NCBI GenBank assembly: GCA_965203805.1
Contig: OZ241917.1
Span: 4,352,001 to 4,416,000 of the forward strand
Direction: 5' to 3'
Length of the DNA stretch: 64,000 nt
Source: Candidatus Latescibacterota bacterium
Lineage (GTDB): Bacteria; Latescibacterota; UBA2968; GCA-2709665
This document shows, in pieces, positions 1 through 8,586 of this stretch. The notes beneath the pieces are model-generated. The model had not been told where the DNA came from, ran no database searches, and saw only the letters and a list, made by a program, of their open reading frames with translations. Each line of letters starts with the position of its first letter. The stretch's first letter is position 1. The position numbers and the translations under genes are program-made.

Positions 1-69
1 TCCAATACGATATTGGTATCCACCGAAGTGGCGTATCAACCACCTCATCCGCCAAATCTCGAGATTAAC

Positions 70-1068
70 GTGATCCGGCTTTTTTCTGGTCCAACGGCAG
101 ACCACGTATGGTGCCAAATTGCAGATACATTCGGTGAATCAGAAGTTGTTCGCCCGCAGGATAGTCGAGGCGGTCCAACTAGAGAGATACTGCATGCCGC
201 GTTATCAATCGAAAACCCAAGACAGCGGTGGGTGATTTCGAGGAAACCGCCAATGAATGTCGCGTATGCATTGGCAGAAATCGTATGGATTATAAGAGGG
301 AGGCGCGACCTTAAGTTTCTCGAATTCTGGAATCGGAATCTTGGTCACTATGTCGGAAAGGGTCCAGAGCTTCACGGATCCTATGGCCATCGGCTACGTG
401 GGCATCTTGGAACTGACCAGTTGAAACGGGCTTACGACTCATTGCGTCACGAGCCCGATACCAGGCAAGTTGTTTTGCAAATTTGGGACTCGGCCGTTGA
501 CTTGCCAGCGGCCGATGGATCGCCTGCGGATCAGGATATTCCCTGCAATGTAGCGTCATTGCTGAAGGTACGAGATGGAAAACTTGAGTGGACACAGATA
601 ATCAGGAGTAACGATGTCTTTCTCGGCGTACCATACAACTTTGTCCAATTCACATTCCTGCAGGAAATCGTGGCCGGGTGGCTGGGGATTGAGTGCGGTT
701 CCTACAACCAAATTAGCGATAGCTTACACATGTACGAAAAGGACATGGCAAATTTGGTCGGTTTCGCGGATACGTCAGTTAAATGTAGCTATCAGGATTC
801 CCTTGCTCTGCCGTGGGACGATTCGAATCTCGTATTTTGCGAAATGGAACACCGAATAGAGCGGATGATCGAGCCAACGACCCGCAATCATGACCTGGAA
901 AATCTGGCAATTTGGGACTCGGCTCCGCCCGCGTACCGAAATTTAGCTTCTGTTCTCGTCGCGACCGCACTGCACCGGCGTCGCCAAAGAGACGCTGCAG
1001 AGCGAGTCATCTCGAGGTGCAAGAATTCGGTTTATGTAGAACTTTGGTATAGGCGCTTTTCTCCATGA
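70..1068 (+). CDS. Thymidylate synthase-superfamily protein (dUMP hydroxymethylase-like clade)
   Basis: Motifs AEIVW, DIPCN (catalytic Cys), RSND, GVPYN and SLHMY. The ORF opens at 13; the in-frame GTG at 70 is the more likely start. Confidence 0.85.
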   Translation: MIRLFSGPTADHVWCQIADTFGESEVVRPQDSRGGPTREILHAALSIENPRQRWVISRKPPMNVAYALAEIVWIIRGRRDLKFLEFWNRNLGHYVGKGPELHGSYGHRLRGHLGTDQLKRAYDSLRHEPDTRQVVLQIWDSAVDLPAADGSPADQDIPCNVASLLKVRDGKLEWTQIIRSNDVFLGVPYNFVQFTFLQEIVAGWLGIECGSYNQISDSLHMYEKDMANLVGFADTSVKCSYQDSLALPWDDSNLVFCEMEHRIERMIEPTTRNHDLENLAIWDSAPPAYRNLASVLVATALHRRRQRDAAERVISRCKNSVYVELWYRRFSP

Positions 1069-1211
1069 TTCCGTAAATTAACCCGATCATCTTGATAAAT
1101 TCACTTCCCGAGATATACTGTCAATGCACGATTTGGATCGACCTTGAATGGCAGCAAACAGCCTTTTCTGTCAATGTAAACTGCCAAGTTAATCCTGCCC
1201 TGGACCTAGAT

Positions 1212-1727
1212 TCATATTAAGTGAGCTATGTGTAACAGTTCTTCAGTAGTTATACGCAGATCATCCTTAATTTGATCAATATCCCATTTTCTCGCAATAA
1301 AGCGTCTATTGTGTGCGGCGCGATCACCAAGTCGTTTAATTCTAGGTAATGCATCTCGTGTATTACGTCCAAGATTCCAACTGGTTTCCTTAATAGTAGC
1401 ATCTACTAAACCACCCAAATAGAAGAAATCACCACTAGGGAATTTGATTTTTGCTTCAATACCATGTTTTTCATAGCATTCAATAATCAATATTTCAGTT
1501 AAACGACGAATCATGACGGCACATGCGTCAAACCAACCATTACTATAACAACCGTTAATCTGTTCTACGATTCTCAATAAATATCCACGAGTATTATTAA
1601 ATAGTGATCTTGGTATAACTTGCTGTTCGGCAGTTAATAATCGTTCAGTATAGGTCGCGTCAAAAGGAAGTAATGCCTTCTGTATTGCCTTACCTGTACC
1701 TAAAAAGAATTTCGCCCATTGATTCAA
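1212..1727 (-). CDS. DUF4145-like (HEPN-related) helical protein
   Basis: CYSNGWFDACAVMIRRLTEILI and LGDRAAHNRR patterns; AT-rich; starts 5 nt after the stop of the upstream gene. Confidence 0.6.
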   Translation of the reverse strand: MNQWAKFFLGTGKAIQKALLPFDATYTERLLTAEQQVIPRSLFNNTRGYLLRIVEQINGCYSNGWFDACAVMIRRLTEILIIECYEKHGIEAKIKFPSGDFFYLGGLVDATIKETSWNLGRNTRDALPRIKRLGDRAAHNRRFIARKWDIDQIKDDLRITTEELLHIAHLI

Positions 1728-1732
1728 GGAAT

Positions 1733-2368
1733 TTATTCACTCTCTTTTTTGTAAAGATGACGAGCCATACTATCGAATATATTATCTATTTGTGTTGCGC
1801 TCGCTTCCGATGAAATGTGTATTTGGATGTCGATATGCAGGGAGGGATTAGTGGTTGGTTCTTTAATTGAGGGAGTCGTTGGTAATTGTGATTCAATTGC
1901 AGGTGTGGTTTTTTCTTGTATATCGCGATTCACCTGTTTCGGTTCATTTTCTGTGTTAGAAAAGTCTGCTTCTTTGCATAATGTTTGAAAGGTACGAACT
2001 GCTTTATCTATAACTGATTGTCCACCTGGGCTATTTGCGCTCATAAAATTCCGAATGTTCATTGCATTTTCAGTATTTGCACACGGATACATTTCGAATA
2101 ACTGCTGGTATCCCTTACGAATTGCATTCGCTAATACTATCTTTGAGTTTCCACCCTTAAATGCCTGCCACGAATCTGTTGGTTTTCGAGCGTTGTCAAT
2201 AAAACCAATAAAACGCAATACTGACAATAAAGATTGATCTGCATTTGAGGAAAAGCCTTGTGCCTTTAACCAATTCACATCTGCCTTTTGAGGCTTGCCC
2301 ATTATTTTCATCTTATTAAGAAGGTCAGTTAATTTACTTCCAGAGTGAGCAACCACGTACACACCCAT
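1733..2368 (-). CDS. DUF5343-like protein
   Basis: WLKAQGFSS...LRFIGFID...KPTDSW N-terminal pattern and a C-terminal LHIDIQIHI motif; AGGAGG RBS upstream. Confidence 0.65.
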   Translation of the reverse strand: MGVYVVAHSGSKLTDLLNKMKIMGKPQKADVNWLKAQGFSSNADQSLLSVLRFIGFIDNARKPTDSWQAFKGGNSKIVLANAIRKGYQQLFEMYPCANTENAMNIRNFMSANSPGGQSVIDKAVRTFQTLCKEADFSNTENEPKQVNRDIQEKTTPAIESQLPTTPSIKEPTTNPSLHIDIQIHISSEASATQIDNIFDSMARHLYKKESE

Positions 2369-2542
2369 GCTTATTCCTCCTGTTGCCTAAACATGTCTAA
2401 TTGCTTGTCGTCCTTGCCTTGTAGACGTTGAATCAAGCCTTAGAATTCCAGCGATCCCGTCCTGAATATCTTAAGGCAAGAGCGGGCGATTAAATGACAC
2501 ATTCAATATAGATAATTCATCCTTTTATCTCAATCTAATAAT

Positions 2543-4365
2543 GAGTCCACTCCGAAAAGTCGCATTTACTTATGCTGGTGAAAGTACTAAATTCGAAGTG
2601 TGAAAAGTCAGCAAGGATGAAGTATTGAGAATTACAATTGTAGAGAGCGTGGGAGAGGACAGATGTATAAGCCGAGTGCGTCGTGCAGTCAACCGGATCT
2701 GTTTTCGAATTTCGAGTCGCATTTCACACAGCGGAAGCAGGCGCAGTTGAATGATCCGAAGTCGTGGCATAATCTGTTTTACCAGCACATCACGTCAGAG
2801 ATCGACGAGGATGTGTTTTCCGTGTTGTTTGATCCCGACATAGGCCGTCCCAATGCCCCGATTCGTCAGTTGGCGGCGATGATGGTCTTGAAGGAGGGCT
2901 TCGGGTGGAGCGATGCACAACTGTTCGAGCAATGTCGGTTCAATATCCTGGCGATGCGGGCATTGGGGTTGATGAATCTGTCTGATGAGGCGCCTGTGGA
3001 GTCGACGTATTATCTGTTCAAACAGTCCTTGTATGCGTATCAACTGAAAACCGGTCGGGATCTGGTTGGCGAGACCTTTAGCAGCTTAACGAAGACGCAG
3101 GCCGACGCCTTTGGTGTGCTGGGTCAGCAAATCCGAATGGACAGTAAGTTAATCGGCTCGAACATTGCGCTATGTTGTCGGTTGCAGTTGGTGGTGGGTT
3201 GTTTACAACGGTTCTGGGGATCGTTGGACGAGGCCCGGAAGCGGCGATTATCAGGAAAACACCGGCAGGTTCTGGACGGAATGCTCAAGGTGAAGCCCCA
3301 TCAGGTTGTCTACCGTCTCACCCGTGCTGAAAAAGGTGAGAAGCTACAGGAATACGGTGTGTTATTGAGCAGGCTTCAAGCGATCTATACCGAGAAAGAC
3401 AGCGATCACTATGGTGTGATGGCGCGTGTTTTTGGAGACCAGTATTCGGTTTTATCCTCCTCCAAACAGGTGCTTCCCAAGCCGCCTGATGAGATCTCCG
3501 CATCCTCCTTGCAGTCCCCCGATGACGAAGATGCGGCCTTTCGTAAGAAAGGGGAAGCGAAGGTGAAAGGATACAGTGTGAACCTCACCGAGACCTGCGG
3601 TGAGGAGGGCCTCAATTTGATCACGGACATTGACGTCAAATCCGCGACAGCGCCCGACAACGCGTTTGTGCAAGCGGCCGTAGGGCGCACACAGCACGTG
3701 GTAGGGCAGGTTCGAGACGTGTCGATGGATGGGGCCTATAATGATCAATCCAACGCCGAGTACGCAAACGAACACGACAAGCAATTCTATTACAGTGGCC
3801 TGCAAGGAACCCCAGGGCGTTTCATTTATCGACGAACAAGAGAAGGCGTCGAAGTCATGGATCGAAATACCCAAGCCGTGCAGCTTGCCCAAGAATACAA
3901 ACCGGGGAAATACAAACTCATCATGGATGGCAAACCCCGATACTTTAAAGAACAGGCCATCGACAACTACATCAAACGCAAACAGAGTGAAGCCCTGCCT
4001 GAACACATCAGAAACCGACGCAATAACGTCGAAGCCAGCCTCTTCCAGTTGAGCTATTACACCCGAAACGGCAAAACTCGCTATCGTGGATTGATGCCAC
4101 ATCAGCTGTGGGCGCACTGTCGTGGCTTATGGGTCAATCTCGTTCGGATCCAGAATTACCTCACCTCACCCACGATGCTCCCCGCATAAGATGCGACTTT
4201 TTTATGCATATCCTTGCCCCAAAACCACGCGAGCAACCTCGTAAACCGCCTCTGTGTTGATGGGCCGCAACCCGATGCACTTTCACCACGCAACGCGACC
4301 TCTCAATACACAACACTGACACCTACACACGAAATCTTCCTGAACCCCCTTCTCGGAGGGGACTC
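2543..4365 (+). mobile_element. Complete insertion sequence (DDE; IS1182/IS5-like, family uncertain)
   Basis: TIRs GAGTCCACTCCGAAAAG (2543-2559) and CTTCTCGGAGGGGACTC (4349-4365) match 15/17. Flanked by the direct repeat AATAAT (2537-2542 and 4366-4371). Confidence 0.9.
2663..4189 (+). CDS. DDE transposase
   Basis: GRPNAP N-terminal motif, RMDSK, SLQSPDDEDA, DGAY and RNNVEA, then RYRG; lies between the TIRs. Confidence 0.9.
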   Translation: MYKPSASCSQPDLFSNFESHFTQRKQAQLNDPKSWHNLFYQHITSEIDEDVFSVLFDPDIGRPNAPIRQLAAMMVLKEGFGWSDAQLFEQCRFNILAMRALGLMNLSDEAPVESTYYLFKQSLYAYQLKTGRDLVGETFSSLTKTQADAFGVLGQQIRMDSKLIGSNIALCCRLQLVVGCLQRFWGSLDEARKRRLSGKHRQVLDGMLKVKPHQVVYRLTRAEKGEKLQEYGVLLSRLQAIYTEKDSDHYGVMARVFGDQYSVLSSSKQVLPKPPDEISASSLQSPDDEDAAFRKKGEAKVKGYSVNLTETCGEEGLNLITDIDVKSATAPDNAFVQAAVGRTQHVVGQVRDVSMDGAYNDQSNAEYANEHDKQFYYSGLQGTPGRFIYRRTREGVEVMDRNTQAVQLAQEYKPGKYKLIMDGKPRYFKEQAIDNYIKRKQSEALPEHIRNRRNNVEASLFQLSYYTRNGKTRYRGLMPHQLWAHCRGLWVNLVRIQNYLTSPTMLPA

Positions 4366-4546
4366 AATAATGCCACTGTCAAAAAAACCCTACACGGATA
4401 GCTGAATTGGACGATTTTATCGTTAATCGAGTCATCACATATGACGTGACGGATAAAATGCGCCGCGAAAACTCGCGGAAGTTCATTGGTTGAGAGTTCC
4501 ACCCGAAAGATGTTGCTTCAGCATTCACTGCGATACATTTCCGACT

Positions 4547-5125
4547 CTACCTAGCCGCCAAATCTGTCAGGTAACTGCGCCCAGCCAATGTCAATCTATA
4601 GTAAGTGCGCTCCAGTCTAATGACGAGGTTTCTCTTGACCAAATCCTCTAACAAAGAGTTGACCTCCTTCAATGTTGTAGATTCGGACCACGCCATTGCA
4701 AGCCTTTCTGGATCCGACGTTGGATTCCCTTCTCGGTTAATTTGCGGTACTGCCTGAAACAACTCTTCCTGATTTGCTAAAAACCGCAACAACCTGTCGG
4801 CACGCTCACAAAACGTGTGGTCCGGCCTAGTCATCGCTTCCTTGACTACCACATAAGTAACCAGAGGGAAATCCTCACCAGCTTGTCTCATGTCAACGAG
4901 TATTGTCGTCAATCGGGCTCTTATCTGGTCTCGTTCCGAATCGCTCATTGGGCACACGAGGCGATGATTGAGCAGACTCGTTGCGTCCAAAGTTATCGTG
5001 TAGCCGCCACCAGCACGGGAGCAACTGCAAATTTTCCAGCGAAGAACACCAGCCTCGGACAGCCCTGACGCGGGAAATGCCGGCCAGATTCTATAGAGCG
5101 GATCAACCGGGTTAGTTTTCTCCAT
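4547..5125 (-). CDS. Hypothetical protein with a C-terminal winged-helix-like segment
   Basis: 192-aa ORF; RADRLLRFL...AWSESTT...YRLTLAG pattern. Confidence 0.5.
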   Translation of the reverse strand: MEKTNPVDPLYRIWPAFPASGLSEAGVLRWKICSCSRAGGGYTITLDATSLLNHRLVCPMSDSERDQIRARLTTILVDMRQAGEDFPLVTYVVVKEAMTRPDHTFCERADRLLRFLANQEELFQAVPQINREGNPTSDPERLAMAWSESTTLKEVNSLLEDLVKRNLVIRLERTYYRLTLAGRSYLTDLAAR

Positions 5126-5410
5126 TGGGTATCCTTTCGTGCGTAAGCATCTGGTGTGACTCCATACAAGTCAGACGACTGCCCCCGAATCCGCGAATTC
5201 TTCGATCGGCTCTGTAGGAGGGACGATATCTTTCGGTCAATTATATGATCAACTCGACTGTGTCATTTTCGCCAATTAACGACGAAACACTTGGGGGGAG
5301 TCGCGTACGGGTAGGCGCTTAAATGCTCCAATCAAAGGTTTTTGGGTTTGCTCAAATACTATCGGTTCAGCTTTGATCCCAGAAATCGCACCACGCCAGA
5401 TCGGTAGATA

Positions 5411-8400
5411 TCACTGACCGTCCAAAATCTCCTTCAACTTCTTCTCTATCGGTGGTTTGTCCTGCCCGGTTGTAAACTCAGGCGGCCTAAAGAGAGGGTT
5501 GCCGGGTGACCAGAGCTCAACGCTATCAGAGTTTTCCTCGAAATATTCCGGATCAGTAGTCACTCGAAGGCGATCTCTCATTCCTGGGGCCAAGAGTCCG
5601 TATTCTCGACTACCCAAGAACTGGATTTCGGTACCCTGGGGCATAACGTCCGGCGACGTGATGACTCTGTCCAAATCCGCCATCGATACAGGGGATGGCG
5701 CCCGTTCTGGCATCGTGAGTTCTTCGTCTGTCACGTCGTCAATATTGAATCCACCTCTCTCGGTCTCCTGAGCCTGCTGTTCGATCTCGTCCAAAACGTT
5801 AGCGCGTCGTATTGCATCCCTTTCCTCGCCCGAGAGCACCGTACGTGAGATTGTGCGGGGCAATTGCGCGAGAATCGGTTGCAGACGGCCGACGACGGAC
5901 TCGAATAGTCCAATTCGGTTTCGGAGCGCCCTGTAAACGTCCGTTTCGACTGTACCATTATAGTGGAGGTTTATGATCCGAATAGTCTCGTGTTCTTGTC
6001 CGAGCCGGTCAATACGACCAATGCGCTGTTCGACCCGCATCGGATTCCAGGGCATATCGTAGTTGATCACGGCGCCGCAGAACTGGAAATTCAAGCCTTC
6101 TGCTGCCGCGTCAGTGCAAAGGAGAATCTCGGCCTCACCGTCGCGGAACCTTTGTTTGGCCTCGTCGCGTGTGAGGCCTTTCCAAGAGCTGTCGGCGGAA
6201 AGCATTTCGGCGCCCCGTCCGGAATAGCACATCAACGTGAATTCGCCATCCTTGCGGAGCGCTTCACGAAGGAAGTCCATGGTGTCTGTGTATTGGGTGA
6301 AGACCATCACACTGGTATACCTGTCATTGCGAAGCTCGGTAAGGGCGCTCTTGAGGCTGTCGAGTTTACTGTCCGGCGGAAGTTGGGAGATATTTTCGAG
6401 AAGTCCTTCGATGTCGGACTCTTCGGCGGCAGCAAGGGCCACTTTCTCAAGTTGCTCTACCTGCTCGACGTCCAAAATTTCGTCGACCGCTTCGTCGTCA
6501 GGAACGTCCTCCTCGACCCCGAGTTGAAGGTCAGGGTTGTCTGCATCTATGTTGGCGAGATGACGTTGAAGCGTCGCGCGGAGGGCGTTAATGCTGCTCG
6601 CAAGCCGTCGACGGTAGATTGTCATCACGAAACCTACGGATGTTCGTTCCTTCGGGCTGGCCTGGTTGTAAGTCGTCGCTATGTAGTCCTCAACAGATTC
6701 ATAGATGGCTCGTTCTTCCGTCCTCATTTCCAGGAAACGATCTTCCACCCTGCGCACGGCAACGGGCGCGGTAGACTGCTGCACCGTGAAATAACGTCGA
6801 AGTAGCTCTCGCGTGTGTCGAGAAATCAGCCGCCTCAGTGGAGTATTCGCACGTACGACTCTAACCGCGGCCCTGCGCTCGGCCGTCTCCAGTTTACGAC
6901 GCGGGATACTGGCGTCATTTCGGAGTGCCCGAAGAACTTTTTTGAATCTGAGATCCGATAGGTCGACAATACGCTGCATTTCCTCTGTCTTCGCTTCGCC
7001 GTATGCTTTTTCCACCGCTTGAAATAAACTCGCCATTCGTTCCAGCGCGTCAGGTGACGGATTCGCCTCGTCGGCATCGTCAAAAAAGCTCAGGAAAGCC
7101 GTTGCCGACCACTTCGCTGGCAAGCCAAGTAGATTCAACAAGTCCCAGACCTCTATAGGATGCACCTGCATGGGGGTCGCGGTCAGCAGAATCAGCCCCT
7201 GAGTGCGATCCTTCAAACCCAGCATCAGACGCAGGAGTGCGTTCGGTCCACCCTGCTGTGGCGTTCCTGCCGCTCGCCGACGGGCGTGATGTGCTTCGTC
7301 AAGCACAACCAGATCCCACGGCTCCGCCTCGAGCAGTGTTTCCGCACGGTCGCCACGTCGCATCAGTTGACTTGAGGCAATCACGACGGGTTCTCGATGC
7401 CATTGCTCAGGTTCCACATCGCGTTCGATACTGCCACGCAGGGCAGGCGAAGGATACCAGACCATCCTGCTTCCGTCGTAAATCGGCCAATTAAGGTTGA
7501 ACTTTTCACGCAGTTCTACTTGCCACTGGTTGAGGATGGCCTTCGGTGCCAGGATCAGGATCCGTTTCGCCCGGCCGGAGATGTACGCCTGCCTGAGTAA
7601 CATACCGGCCTGTATGGTCTTACCGAGGCCGACCTCGTCAGCAATCAGAAGCTTCGGAGGCCAATTGTTATACATGCGTTCATACGCCCTTACCTGGTGC
7701 GGCCATGGTACAACTGCCGATGTCGCTTCGCCAACCCGTTCGCCTCCGTTTTGGAACGTAGGAGCTTGTTGGATGAATGACCACACACGGCTTCTGATAT
7801 CACCAGGGTCGGGTACCGCTGGCGTTGGAATTTCCTTTGTCTTGGGTTTTGGCCGAGGTTTGGCACGCTCCTTGTCGAGCTTCTTAAGCCGCGCCGGTTG
7901 GTCGTCTTTGGGCATAAAGCGCATCAAGTCCTCACGTACCGCGCCGGGCACGTCAAGTACAATTGCGCGGCGCGCCTGGCCGGACCAAATCCCTGCAAAG
8001 TTGTCTTGTTCTTGATCAACGCGCTGGTGATCCGGCCCCCAACTCGTGAAAACGTTGATGCTTTCCCAATTATGTTTCCAGCCTGCGGCCGTTTCATTCA
8101 GGCTGCCGTTCCAGGCGATCTTGTTGCCGCCACGGTCCTCGATAATTCCGGACTTCTCATGGAAGATCCCGTCCATTGGGATCGGCTTGCCATTGATGTC
8201 GCAAGGTACGGCAACCTTGACATCCAGATGTCCGCGCGCGACCATCCATGCGAGCAACTCGAGTGCATCGGAGGATGCCGTGTCAGGTGGAGCTAAAGGG
8301 ACATCTGCTAATCGTAGCTCGATCAGGTCCCTGAGCCGCTCGCCTTTTTCGATTGCCTCTATCTCCTTCGGATCCAGAGTGCAGCCGACGACGAGGCGCA

Positions 8401-8584
8401 TGCGTCCGCCATTCCGCACGAGCCCTTCGATGCCGCGAGCCGCCAGCGACAATGCACTGGCGCTGAAGTACCCGGTCAGCCGATCGTAACGTTCGGAATC
8501 CTCAAGCGCGGGTAAATAAAACAGCCTGACGAGGTCTCCGTCATCAGGCGTATATTTAAGTCTCCATTTGTAATCACTAAGCAC
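5411..8584 (-). CDS. SNF2-family helicase with N-terminal PLD-like nuclease domain
   Basis: HEKSGIIED...GSLNET (HxK PLD motif), ADEVGLGKT, LDEAHH, LTATP, TDAAAEGLNFQ, EQRIGRIDR. Confidence 0.93.
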   Translation of the reverse strand: MLSDYKWRLKYTPDDGDLVRLFYLPALEDSERYDRLTGYFSASALSLAARGIEGLVRNGGRMRLVVGCTLDPKEIEAIEKGERLRDLIELRLADVPLAPPDTASSDALELLAWMVARGHLDVKVAVPCDINGKPIPMDGIFHEKSGIIEDRGGNKIAWNGSLNETAAGWKHNWESINVFTSWGPDHQRVDQEQDNFAGIWSGQARRAIVLDVPGAVREDLMRFMPKDDQPARLKKLDKERAKPRPKPKTKEIPTPAVPDPGDIRSRVWSFIQQAPTFQNGGERVGEATSAVVPWPHQVRAYERMYNNWPPKLLIADEVGLGKTIQAGMLLRQAYISGRAKRILILAPKAILNQWQVELREKFNLNWPIYDGSRMVWYPSPALRGSIERDVEPEQWHREPVVIASSQLMRRGDRAETLLEAEPWDLVVLDEAHHARRRAAGTPQQGGPNALLRLMLGLKDRTQGLILLTATPMQVHPIEVWDLLNLLGLPAKWSATAFLSFFDDADEANPSPDALERMASLFQAVEKAYGEAKTEEMQRIVDLSDLRFKKVLRALRNDASIPRRKLETAERRAAVRVVRANTPLRRLISRHTRELLRRYFTVQQSTAPVAVRRVEDRFLEMRTEERAIYESVEDYIATTYNQASPKERTSVGFVMTIYRRRLASSINALRATLQRHLANIDADNPDLQLGVEEDVPDDEAVDEILDVEQVEQLEKVALAAAEESDIEGLLENISQLPPDSKLDSLKSALTELRNDRYTSVMVFTQYTDTMDFLREALRKDGEFTLMCYSGRGAEMLSADSSWKGLTRDEAKQRFRDGEAEILLCTDAAAEGLNFQFCGAVINYDMPWNPMRVEQRIGRIDRLGQEHETIRIINLHYNGTVETDVYRALRNRIGLFESVVGRLQPILAQLPRTISRTVLSGEERDAIRRANVLDEIEQQAQETERGGFNIDDVTDEELTMPERAPSPVSMADLDRVITSPDVMPQGTEIQFLGSREYGLLAPGMRDRLRVTTDPEYFEENSDSVELWSPGNPLFRPPEFTTGQDKPPIEKKLKEILDGQ

Positions 8585-8586
8585 GG

